From positions 1,612,001 to 1,676,000 of the forward strand of contig OZ316896.1 in the NCBI GenBank assembly GCA_973895155.1: a DNA stretch of 64,000 nucleotides, given 5' to 3'. Each line of letters starts with the position of its first letter. The stretch's first letter is position 1. The position numbers and the translations under genes are program-made. Positions 38,069 to 50,318 of this stretch are shown here, one piece after another. The notes under the pieces were generated by a model. It ran no database searches. It had not been told where the DNA came from and saw only the letters and a program-made list of their open reading frames with translations. Source of the DNA: Marsupella aquatica. Lineage: Eukaryota > Plantae > Marchantiophyta.

Positions 38069-38648
38069 TACCCTCATATCCTCACTGATATGAGTACCCT
38101 CACTGATAAATGTACCCATCTGAGTTTCATTAACCTAAATAACCCATGTATTCAATCTATTCACACTGCATATCTTCGTTGTGGTTCCATGGTACCAGTC
38201 GAATTCCAAGTTAATATTACATGTCAAACACTATCTGGGTTTGATTAACCCATCTGAGTTTCATTAACCTAAATAACCCAGTGGCAATCTAACCCGCAAA
38301 ACTACCACATGTCATGAAAGCAATCAGAACAACAACTAAAAGGCCTATGTTATCAAAGAACTACACTCAGGATATTTGTATGAAAGATTTTGATAATATG
38401 GAAATAATGGGAACATAATGGTTCAAATTAAATAATTTATCCACACTGCACATTAGAATCCTTTATGCTATCAAAATAACAAAATGGTATCAATATGGAA
38501 GCTTTATTCTGATACTTGAATTCTATCATCGACATGTTCTGTTCCTCACTAATTAATGACAATTTTAATTTAGTTCTAAAACTTCTTAGTAGATTAAGCT
38601 GGAAGACAATTCAAACACGAATTCTGACCTGTTGAAGAAAAAACTCGG

Positions 38649-39389
38649 CTATTTCTGCAAGTCTGTTGCAAACTGCACCAGCCATTGACTTCCTTCTAAA
38701 GTTGAAATATCATGAGCTTCTTCCATGATGTCTTTCAGCTCACTGTTTGTGAATCCCTTATGAACTGCCAAATTGGCATCACTGTAAGCACCTAGTATAT
38801 CCAACAAGCCCTGACCAGGAAACGATGGGAGGAAATGACTGTTCGCAACCTCCTTGATGAGTTCGATTTTTGTCATATTCTCTTCTGTTGGGAAGCCACT
38901 GTGTAGCCTTTGAATCTGCATCTTGCACTCTGCAACAAATCAACTCGTGGAGTTCGATAACCAGCATCCTGATAAGCAGCTTTTAATATCTTCCCAGCAT
39001 TCAGTTTTGCTAACTTCACTTTTCTGGACTTACTCCAATCCTGGAAAATTCTTCTCACATGAATACTATGATACTCATTCTTATAATATTCCCATGCTCG
39101 ATCATCCAGTCGACTCTTTTGTGCAGCCTTGACTTCTGCCTTGACTTCATCCTTTATTACACCCCTTAAGACAGTCATCATTGATTGCACATCAGGCAAA
39201 TCCTGATGTCTACGTGTGTCGGCAGTGCACTCGATGTTCGTCATTCCTAGCCAAGTTAAGTCTCTCATATGCTTCTCTCTTGCCACAACTTCAAAGGCTT
39301 TTCCATCACTCACCTTTAAACGCTTGGGTGGGGTTCCCAATGAGACCATATTCACTACTGCAGAACAATATCTCCTTTCTCGTGGCATG
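38649..39389 (-). pseudogene. Frameshifted ORF of unknown function
   Basis: Protein-like frame MPRERRYC...(to 38873) continues in an overlapping frame 38649-38921. No family recognised. Confidence 0.35.
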
Positions 39390-39394
39390 GTGCC

Positions 39395-39962
39395 AGTGAT
39401 GGTGGCAGCGATTATGGCAGTGATGAAAGCAGCGATGGTGACAGCGATCAAAGCAACGATGAAAGCAGCGATCAAAGCAGCGATAGTGGCGGCGATGAAA
39501 GCAGCGAGCGATTGTGGCAGCGATTGTGATAGTGGACCTCGCCTCCAACATGCGGTGATGGTGGCAACGATGAAAGTAGCGATTGTGGCAACGATGAAAG
39601 CAGCGGATATCGCCTCCGACATGCGGTGATAATGGTAGCGTTGGTGGTACGGTTCGTGGCAGCAATGGCGATAGCTAGCAATGGTGGCAGCGATAGTAGA
39701 AGTGGGTGACGATGGTGACAGCAATGGCGGCGATGGGCGACTGTGACGGCAATGGTGGCAGTGAGCGACGATGCGGCGATGGTGACAACAATGGTGGCAG
39801 CGAGCAATGGTGGCGGCGATAGTGGCAGCACCGACGATGCGGCGATGGTGACAGCAATGGTGGCAGCGAGCAATGGTGGCGGCGATGGTGACAACAATGG
39901 TGGCGGCGATGGTGACAACAATGGTGGCAACGAGCAATGGTGGCGGCGATAGTGGCAGCACC
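39395..39962. repeat. GC-rich minisatellite (ATGGTGGCAGCG / GATGAAAGCAGC / GATGGTGACAACA units)
   Basis: Degenerate 12-21-bp tandem units that generate low-complexity ORFs in several frames. Confidence 0.85.
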
Positions 39963-40157
39963 GAAGGTAGTAACGAAAGAAGGGGTTTCCAACAAAGGTC
40001 ATGGCGATGGCGCAATGATGAAAGTAGTGTCGGATGCGGGATGGGGTCAAGATTATGGAAGAAAAATGAGAGGTCAATTAACTATAGAGATGATATGATG
40101 ATGGCATCGGTAGTGAGTGCAACGAAGGCAACAACGATTCGAAGATGGAACTCGAAT

Positions 40158-42780
40158 CCTCGGGTCCACTTCATTAAGACGACCGTAATCCTTGGGTCCA
40201 CTTCATTAAGAAAGTGAAGAACACTGTACTCCACCTGCGACACTATTAGAGGCAAGGAGGGAATCAAACAGTGCACTTCTCATGACATGCTCAGAACAAA
40301 AATAGCTAAAGATGAAGATATGGAGCACACACGGTAAAAAGGACAGTCACTACTCACCCACAGCTTGGCAGAAACAAGGACGCTCATCGGCTGGGAGGGT
40401 GGCATATGCAGGACCAAGACGAATGACAAGAGTAGGCCTGAGTTTGTCATCAACGTCATGTTAGTCGACAAGATATGACCATTGCTTCAACTCTTCACTG
40501 GTTAGAAAGTAGTATGTCCACCTCCAGCTTATGGTCCTTTGCACTTTGGCAACAAATTTCTTCACACTCCCATTTGCGGCCATAAAGAAATTTTCCAGTT
40601 CCTGACCTGAAAGCCTAAGCAAAATCCAAAAAAACTGCTTACTATACTCATCCTCATGCCTCTAGGTATCAACAGTAATATAACCCGAAGACCTTCGCTA
40701 CCTCAGTGGGTCAGATACTGGTTAAATGTATGTCGAATACAAGTTCAAAGCCAAAACTCTCCTAAACTTAAAGCAGATAGGCTCATACACTGTCCTAACA
40801 CCTAGTATACAACCGAAAATCAAGCCTATCAAAAGCGTCTCAGGAAAATTCTACCCTCCCAGCTGTTTGTCCTGGCACATACGGTTGCTCATTATACGTC
40901 CAACGCAGATGACAGTCATGACTTTCCTTACTATCATGGAAAGCCTAAAACACAAATTTTAAAGGCAAATGTTCGATTGACACCTGCAGTGCACCTGCAC
41001 ATGACTTCTATTTCATTTTTCCTTCTTTTCTTGTTTGGATACAAACTTTTATTTCCTGTGGACAGCATTGACTAATGTGCGCACTCAAACCTACCCCATT
41101 GTAGCACATAAGTAGCAAACTTCACTTCTAGCGTACAGTTCTACGCAAAGTTCTCGACACAATGTAAGAGTTGCTTGGGCGTTTCTGCGTACCTTTCTGG
41201 CACCTCAACTTTTGCTGACTCCAGGACTTGCCTAAGGTCATTCATTGTCTCGGTCGGTCTTGATTCGGAAACTTGAGCTCTAGTCCTGCATTGGTGTGTG
41301 GCAAATTTGTGTGAGCACCAAAGAGTCAGTCTTTTTCTGAAGTGGACCCATGTTTAGGATGCTCAGCGAACATCTTTCTAAACTTTCAGAACGAACGACA
41401 ATCCTGTGATGTGAAAGATCCGTTACAGGCAGCTTAAGTATACTCTTTGTGGGCAAACGAGATGGCTTCTCCAACCTCATTAAACACAAACCAAATTACT
41501 GAAATAATCATTAATCACGGAAATGAACATCAGTCCTTGGCTGCAGGTCCTGATTCTTAAGCCCAGAGATTTCTTCCCATTTCAAGTTTCATGTTCAATG
41601 CAAGGGATAAGTTGTCCAGTAACTTTCAACCCAGCTCATTGTAAGTGTTTCAGCTTGTGGTAGGGAATACAGTAATACAGGCATTTACCCATCATCAGAT
41701 ACATGACGAGATTTACCTTTCCACCTGTGGATCTTGTGGAGGAGCTAACACTCTGTCCAGCACATCAGGATCAAAAGCTTGTTGATATTCATCTATAGCA
41801 CTAGAAACAGCTGTTGCAAGAGAGAGAAAAATCAATGGTTTGGAAAACAATGGAAAAACAGGACTAAGTAGCCAATTAAATTCCAATTCAGCAAGGTCAA
41901 GCAAATGAGAGAAAGCTACGGCGCAATTGATTCCGCAAATGAGCCAATTGTTTTCTTACAAAATTCACAACATTAACAGGACAGGACAATTCGTCTTCTA
42001 ATTTCTCTTCAAGCTAGAGATAACCCCCAGTCAACTCGAAGATGTGTACCGTGACGTCCCCCCACCAATACCCACCAAAAGAGATGGACGACGAGGGGAG
42101 TCGTCACGGACGTGAACTCTAACCAACAATAAAACAGGAAAAATCAAATTAGCACATAGCTGGAATGGATCACTCTATCGAATCTAGCAAGGAGTGACGG
42201 AAGCGAACCATTTGAGTGGCCGCGGCAACATCAAAGTCTATGGAAGCAATAGTACATAACCAACCTGTGTTCCTTCCACAAGGTGTCGCAAAGGAGCCCA
42301 TCGCAGAAACCAGCTAAATGGTGGAGCTTGCAACAGAGAGATCCCTTGGAGTCCCCACCAAACTTGCAGACACTTGCCCCTAAGGGATACTCTCCTCACA
42401 GCCTCTAAGGCGGCAACCCTCAGTAAAAACACGACAAATTGTCCCGTGGAAGCTTTTGTGATACGAACCCTCGTCAGAGACAGGATTGGTGCCATGGACA
42501 TTCTCAAAAGCCTTCGGGGCAAAGAAACGGAGGAAAACCTGTTGGTTTTGCTCACAGGTACTTGAGCAGCAGCACTTTTGTCTTCTGTTGCCTTAGCCTG
42601 CTGGCTCCTCACTCTGCTCGATCCAACATCCCTGCCCACGAATTTACTCCCCAAAATGCTCTCCCTCTTCTTTCCATCCATCCTTGAAGATGATCTCAAC
42701 CCATCTCCTCCGTCGAAGCTGCTCGTCATAGGGTGGTGCTCGTCCTTCCGCGCCTTCCTCGGCCCTATTGCTGCCGCCAT
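40158..42780 (-). pseudogene. 3'-truncated Sec14/CRAL-TRIO lipid-transfer-like gene with introns
   Basis: Exons approx. 42780-42265, 41855-41717, 41280-41193, 40615-40359 (ELENFFMAANG..TISWRWTY..WSYLVD*HDVDDKLRPTLVIRLG..FCQAV) and 40245-40180 (VSQVEYSVLHFLNEVDPRITVV). In-frame stop; abrupt end. Confidence 0.7.
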
Positions 42781-43420
42781 GGCATCGACAACAACAGAGG
42801 CCGAGACAAGGCCAAACGCAGCGCCACTTTCCTTCTACAGTACATGATGGCCGTTTACCCAAATCCTTCACAGCCTCTCCAATTTCAAAGCGGAAACTCC
42901 CAGTCCGAGGATTCCACAATAGAATTTCATTTAAAAAATCACAGCCCGTCCATGTGACTACAAACATCACCAGTTCCCTGCGAAATCCTTGATGAACAGG
43001 CCCGCATCGTCATCCTGGCAGATTCTAATCGACATTTTTTAAATGTTCCAATAGGTCAATCATCTTGCTCCTCCTACGCCTCTACTCAATCTCATCACCT
43101 GCCGTGCCATTGGCCAAGTCGGAGAAGCAGCACCAGCACCAGCACTGTAGTGTTCAAAGTGTGCCTACTCTCTAGTCCCTACCATCCCATCCAAACCCAC
43201 ACCACACCAATCACAACACCATAATCCCCTATCTTGTGCTCCACGTGAAGAGCGCAAGAGAGAAGTTACAGTCTGCGTAAACTGCATCGATCAATTTTAT
43301 TTGGGCATAACTTGAATCATCATCGTGCTCTTCGCGGATGAAAGAACGAACAACACAAGAGACAGCAACACTCAGCATCGGGTTTCGGCCTTCCCAATGT
43401 ACAATTGCCTCGACGGACAC

Positions 43421-43650
43421 GTTACTCCACTTTACAGATAAGGCAAAGGAACGGAACGGAGTCTATAACATGTAAAGTCAGGTTACTCCACTTTACAGGT
43501 AAGGCGAAGGAACGGAACGGAGTCTGTAACATGTAAAGTCATGTAAAGTCACCCCTCCACTTTACACGTAGGGCAAAAGGAACGGAATGGATTCTGTAAC
43601 ATGTAAAGTCACGTTACTCCACTTTACAGGTAAGGCAATGGAACGGAACG
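43421..43650 (+). repeat. ~60-bp tandem repeat, about 4 copies
   Basis: Unit GTTACTCCACTTTACAGGTAAGGCAAAGGAACGGAACGGAGTCTGTAACATGTAAAGTCA. Confidence 0.9.
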
Positions 43651-43695
43651 AAAGGGAGTCATTGATTCGTACAAAGATTCGAAGATGGAACTCGA

Positions 43696-44381
43696 ATGAT
43701 GGATCATTATTGTACGCATTTCAATGATATGATGCGAAGGAATCGAATACCAGAATGCACGGTACATGGATGTATAGGTGATTTGTCAAAGTTTGATTCA
43801 AAAGCTGATCGAATATACTACATACTTTCTCAAAAGTCAGTTGTTTCCATCAAAGGGAGAATTGATTCGGCATCTATTTGACTGTCACAACATTCCATTG
43901 ATTCCTAAGTATGATAGTATGTGCATTCTGGCACTCATGTCAGGATTGGAAGATGGAATCGAAACATTCGATTGAATGTACTAACCATCTACGTGGTCAC
44001 ATTGAGGAGTCGCTGCAAGAGTGCGAAACATATGGTTACAGAGGTGTTCAAGTCCAACCAATTGATGGACAACATTTAGATATTACTGATAGAAGTATAT
44101 CTTATAGATCTGTAATAATCTCTTTCAAATGTATATTCTGCAATCATGACCAGCACATTTGCGATGAACAGAGACTTGGACCTGTATGTTATCAAACGGG
44201 TTCTGGTATTAACTACTTTGGTCATATTAAGACTCATTTAAAGAGGATTCCATTAGAAAGAGAAACATACTGCCCTGCCTCAATGATGAGCGGGACGCTT
44301 TTCACTTTATGCAAGTACAATTTGAAGATGACACGGAATGAGATGGTTATACACTTGAAAAGTGTACATTGTATATACTAG
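43696..44381 (+). pseudogene. Frameshifted multi-C2H2-zinc-finger-like ORF
   Basis: Motifs LIRHLFDCHNIP, NHLRGH, CIFC..HIKTH and CP..C..IHLKSVHC spread over three frames. Confidence 0.5.
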
Positions 44382-45602
44382 AGTAGTTAGCTCTAGTTGT
44401 AGTTGGCATCATTATGGACCCCACTAGAGGTCCCTTCCAAAATTCCTAGCACCACAGCGTGCCACGTCAACAACAACCCGCAACAAACAAGACTCGTCGG
44501 TTTTGTGAATCAAACTTATAGTTTTCATTCGTGTTTGTGTCAATTTGGGTGTAAATTTTGGGACGCCGTGCCATAAAAAGAAAAGTAAAAACATTGGAAA
44601 TGCAAAGAGCAAGATGGTTAAAACTGTCACTATGTAACCGTTTTAGTTACATTTTCAATTTTAAAACTTAAATTCAAAGATTTATAAAAAGTATTTTTCA
44701 TATAATAAATAATGACTAATAACTAATAACTAACTTGATAACTTCCTTGTTAAACCGTAACTCCCGGTATGTAAGGACCTCTCGTATTGTACGACCATTA
44801 ATGTTGGGAAGAGCACATAGAAACCCAGGATCAGGGAGGAGGAATGGCTAGAATCTTGAAAGTTCATCGAATTTTATACTCAAAACTATTTACTCATTCT
44901 CAAAACAAAAAACACCTAGTCGTAGATCTCATTGAGATCTTTCTTTTGCATCCTAGATCGCCTTCTAGCATGGATGAATAAGATTTCCAGAGGCATTACA
45001 AAATGGACGACAAAGATCATAAAATCAACAAAATCGACGGCTAGGAAGGCTTGGATTTGTTTAATTTTTCATTTGAAAAATATTAACCCATTTGCAAAAC
45101 GGACAGAACCCATCCATAGATCTATTTGAGATCTTTCTTTTGAGCCATAGATTGGCCATTATGATGGACGAACGAGATTTCCGGAGATAAGAAATGGAGA
45201 CGGCTCAGATCGACTCTTCCCCCTGATTTTATTAGCCAAGGGGTCCATGAACTAATTTTATAGTATTGTTCAATTGATATCCATTGAACTGAACGATGAC
45301 CATAATCGATTGCTCTCTAAGTCATTATCAACTCTCAGATCTTGTATCGTCTAGTATTTCATTAAAAATATCTTGATTATATACAATTCATGTAATTTGC
45401 TAATCAGCACATAGTTGTGTTGTTTTAAAATATTGATTCAGTTTTTCTTGAATTTGACTAGTTTCATAGTAATTAATTCTTCACTGTAGGATACCTCTCG
45501 GCCTATCCTTCTTTGAATACTGTATTTATTCACTATATGCGAACTTGAATCTTACTATGAACATGACTTACTAAATGGAGATATTTCAATTGTCTATTGT
45601 CG

Positions 45603-46391
45603 CTCATATCAGTGAGGATACTCTTATCAATGAGGATAGGTTTATCAAATATTGTACTTTGATCAATGAAGCCCGTAGACCATGACTTCGAGGGTGGGAA
45701 TTGAATTCACGGGTGAGGGAAAAAAAAGAGATGGGGGTGGAGTACCATGTGGAAGAGAGTCACAATCACAATCATGTGGAATATACTTCTACTACCCGTT
45801 GTTTCTTAGTGATAACTACTGTGTCTTGCACTCGGTACCTTCGGTACTTGTCATTTACTATTGCCATATTGGGTACCCATTGGGTACCTTTGGTACTTGT
45901 CAACTACTATTACTAGAGTGGGTACCCACTTTACTTGTCAATTACTATTACCAGATTGGGTACCCACTGGGTACCTTCGGTACTTGTCAACTACTATTGC
46001 CAGATTAGGTACCCCTTGATTAATGTGTTCGTTTACATTGAATAGCCCAGGATACATATAGATGAGACTGTGTCCCCATTGTTTACTACTGACACAACTA
46101 TAATGCACTTACACTAGGTACTATTACCAGAGTAGGTACCCACTGGGTACCTTCGGTACTTGTCAACTACTATTACAGAGTGGGTACCCACTTTACTAGC
46201 TTGTCAATTACTATTACCAGATTAGGTACCCACTGGGTACATTCTGTACTTGTCAACTACTATAATTACCAGATTGGGTACCTTCGGTACTTGTCAACTA
46301 CTATTACCAAATTGGGTACCCCCTGATTAATGTGTTCATTTACATTGAATAGCCCAGGATACATATAGATGAGACTGCGTCCCCATTGTTT
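45603..46391 (-). repeat. Right arm of the ~800-bp inverted repeat
   Basis: Reverse complement of 37292-38068, lacking ~110 bp and with different unit copy number. Confidence 0.85.
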
Positions 46392-47082
46392 ATCCTCAGT
46401 TGACAAAAACTGAAGATACACATCAACAACAATAAAGTTTTGCAAGAGTAAACACTGGGAACATTCGGTTCAGTTTTACACAGCAAATGTCTGATCCGTC
46501 AGTGTCTGTCAATTACACTCAACCTCTTTCTCATTCAAATTTCATAATCCCCATGCCAACATTGTACAAACATAACATACAATGGAAAAACTTTAGGAAG
46601 GTTTATGCACAAGTAATGTGAATATATACATGGTCTCATCTGTAGGGGTCTCTCTGTTAAATTGTCTGTTGAATTCCCAATATCGGATATGATACTCATA
46701 TATATACAAATTCAAATATATATATATGATATTATATGATGCAAACTTCTAATTCTAGACGAATGACTACGCTTACAACCATTATATGAGCATAATATAC
46801 ATCACTTTTTACGGGCTTTAGCCATAGCTTCCATTATGAATTGAACATCAGTGATCGTTTTTTTCTTCTTAGTAGACTCTTTCGATTCATCTCCGTGCAA
46901 AAGTTGCCGAGCCATAATTTTCTTGTTTTTTTGCACAATACACCACGCGCACGTTACGATTAGACGATACTCATCTATTGTCATTCAGGAATATTGACAT
47001 AACATGATACATATTTGAGACTCTGAATGACAGCTTAAATTAATACCTGTAATGTCAAAACTTGTTCCTCGATTGTATCCTC

Positions 47083-49548
47083 TGTCACCTGCTTATCAAA
47101 CAATTTACACGACAAATATGTATTTACTCCTACTAAAATCGTTTGTTATCGTATGACGGGAACGTGGAGGGACGCTATTAAGATTCTATTGCATGTAGGA
47201 TGAGTATGTTTATTTCCGCTCCCGGAAATGTAATTTTTGATCAAGTCTACCGACTAGTCCCACTGCTTTTGATCAAGTCCCATGGACTACGCCACACACA
47301 CTCCTACTGGTCGCTGGTGGAGTGCTGTCACCACCCCCCTACTCACATGGTCGACCAATCCGTGCAAGTATTCCTTAGACACTTCTTGGGGAAAGAACAC
47401 AATTGTGAACCAAAAAAGATTCACACCAAAACTTGAGGAATCAAACCAAATCCATATCTTTTGGCAAAATGTCGTAGCACATTGCAAGGACAACCCGGCC
47501 TCCTGCCGTCTGCCCAACTACTGCCTCACTGGGGCAAGTGCTACACCTCTACCTCACTACTCTGGCTTGATTCCCTCTTCTGGCTATGAGCTAACTTCCC
47601 TAAGCAAACACTAGACTGAGTTCCCCCCCGTACTACTCTGGGGCTCTCCCCCTAAATACTCAAAACAACACACCAAAGCACCCCTCACGGGGTCACCACG
47701 ATGACGGCTACCCTAGCGGCGCCGCTAAAATCTTGCATAAACTTTCACAAAAGAAATCCCTAATCCTAAAGCATGCGGCACACACATGCTCCTAAAAACC
47801 CTAAACTAACTACGGGACCGTCGGTGCCTTCGACGGTGCCAACCGTAATCATCCGTAGTCTCGGGGAAGTGAGGGGGCCACTCATAGTCGAAACCTCAAA
47901 TATGTCCAACTACTCCCCTAAGGGAAGCCCTGGATAGCTCTGCTCTTCCTGATCACGAATCCATAAACGGCTCCACAAACGGACTCTGAAGGACCCAGTT
48001 ATGGTCGTTTCAGTATCCCGTTACCAACCAACTTCGCGGGGCCCTAACTTACTCATCCTGGCTCCGTTTGAGGAGCGCCGCCTCTTGTTGGAATCAGCTC
48101 CGCGAGCTCTTTCCAACAAGCTCGTGAGTGCACCTTTCTGAAAAGTTTCACAATCCAAAGGTCGTACGACCAAGTCCATATACCTAGTCCTCCTCCTCCT
48201 CACTCACGGTGCCATGGCTTGAGCCCCGTGAGTTGGTCTCCTCATCAGTCCTCCTCCTCCTCACTCATGGTGACTTGGCTTGAGCCCCGATCCTCATGTT
48301 CGCCACCACCGGTTCGTTGTAAAAGGAGGGGGTCCCTATAATTGTCGAAACTAAAATTTTCTCAGAATTCACTTCTGAAAACATATCTGAGGAGCCCTCC
48401 TCTTCCTGATCACGGCTCCATAAAAGGTGCACAAAACGGAGGTCAAACGGCCAAAATATGGTCGTTTAAGTTTTCATGGGGCACCATCTCCCTCCGTTTC
48501 GTCCGTACAACACCAGGGGGCCCCGGCTTTGCAAAACACGGATCACGGTTTCCCCGTATGCGCTGCTACCTCCTCCTTCTCTTGCAAAGCTGGGACCTCC
48601 TGCCGTACGGACATCCGTACGGCCTCAAAACTCTCGTATTCTAAAAAATATGCAATTTGTCGTATCTCCCTCATCTTAGCTCCGTTTTGGCTGTGTGACA
48701 CATCGTTGGATTCAGCTTGGCGAGCTCTTTCCAGCAAGCCCATAGACTCCAGATTTTGAGATGGTTGAAAATCTGATGTTCGTACAACCAGGGTCCGTAC
48801 ACACGTTGAAAGCAAGCACAAGAGGGAAAGGGTTTAGGGTTTAGGTATGGATGGAAACCCCACAAGTGCGAATAGTGAAAAAAGGGAAGGAAGAAAGTGT
48901 GAGGGCCCCTTCTACGGTGGGGAAGGGAAGGAGAGCAAAAAAACATGTGAGGACCACACAAAGGGTGAAGGGGAACACAAGTGTGGGAACCCCTTCCTTC
49001 TAAGGGCCCTCCCACCATCACTACTCCAAAATTGCCTAGTTTGCCATTTTACGGGCGTTGAGGTCCCTCAAGATGTCACTGTTTGATATAGACCTAAAAT
49101 CAACTAGGGAACCTCAGTTTCGCATGGGGCTCATTGAGGGGTTCAAAATGAATCCAAACATGACCATGTTTAGAATAGTACTAGCGCAGCAACGTCTGTT
49201 TTAAGTTTCAACATTTTCTATATTTTGGTCATTCTTCCCGTTTTGCGCCTTACGTGGAGCCTCCGACCAGCCCCCACCCCTCCAAGATGCCCACACCTTG
49301 GCTCCAAGTCCTTGGGCTGCCTTGTGGCCTCCTTTTACCCCTCAATGGTTCCCTTGTCATCCATCACCGCCCGACATCCCTCTCTACTCCGGCCTCCGGT
49401 GTCGCATCAATTTTTTAGAACTAACAAAAATTAAAAATTTTGAAAACCAAACACTTTTGCAACACCTACTTGCTTTCTACTCATATACACAATTATAAGT
49501 CATCACTAAGTTACTACCGGGTTTGGGGCCCTTTGGGGCCCTGTCACA
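47083..49548. mobile_element. Solo LTR (family B, 2466 bp)
   Basis: TGTCAC...GTCACA termini; 5-bp TSD TCCTC at 47078-47082 and 49549-49553. The first ~1.15 kb is homologous to 58589-59753. Confidence 0.88.
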
Positions 49549-50318
49549 TCCTCCATCACAAAATGCGTTATATTGACATTTTTCTGCCCTATTCGATGGG
49601 CTTTGTCGATAGCTTGCTCTTCTACTGACGGATTAAACCATAGATCCAAAAATAGTACATGATTTGTTGTTGTAATATTCAATCCAACACTGGCAGTCCT
49701 CAACAATAAAAGCATGACAATCACCTGCCATAATTCATCATATCAGTATTGTTATATCTAAAACATGGATAAATAATTAAAATTACATAGTTATGCTAAC
49801 ATAATTGGTCTGTGAAAATACCTCTGGTTTTTTTCTGAAATCGGCCAGAGCTTGTGCTCTATCTGCCATATTTTTGCTCCCATCTATCCGTCTGAATTGT
49901 ATACTGACATCTGTCATTGAGTCTCTTCTCTATCAAGTCGAGAGCTGTAGTCCATTGAGAAAATACTAACACCTTCTCCTTCCTCCTTACTATCCCGTTA
50001 GTAACATACAAAAGATTCATTATGTACTTCATAACAACAGTAATCTTTGGAGAGTCATCGAGTTCTCCAAATGTAGATTCATCAATTCCATATTGAAGTG
50101 ACTCTTCGTCTGTAAGATCCTCTGTATCTTTACAACTACCTAACAATTCTGCAAGGTTATACAGATCAATATATCCACGCTCTTTAGACACTGTTTACAT
50201 GTTATCGGCTCATCATCTTTGTCAATATAACATATATTACAAAACACGTGGCTGCATGTGGAAATCCATGGATCCTCTCTCAATTGTTCGTGTCAATCAA
50301 AATTAAAAGATTAGAAAT

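Noticed and set aside
39216-40217. Overlapping ORFs rich in A/T/I, H/C/R or P/L
   Set aside because: Artefacts of translating a minisatellite.
37292-43650. CRISPR-like arrays in the tandem repeats
   Set aside because: Units are contiguous without unique spacers; eukaryotic context; no cas genes.
44413-45248. CACTA or TIR element (CACTAG at ~44423; ATGGACCCC/GGGGTCCAT)
   Set aside because: Only a 9-bp inverted match, no TSD and no matching TAGTG end; probably a TE remnant but unclassifiable.
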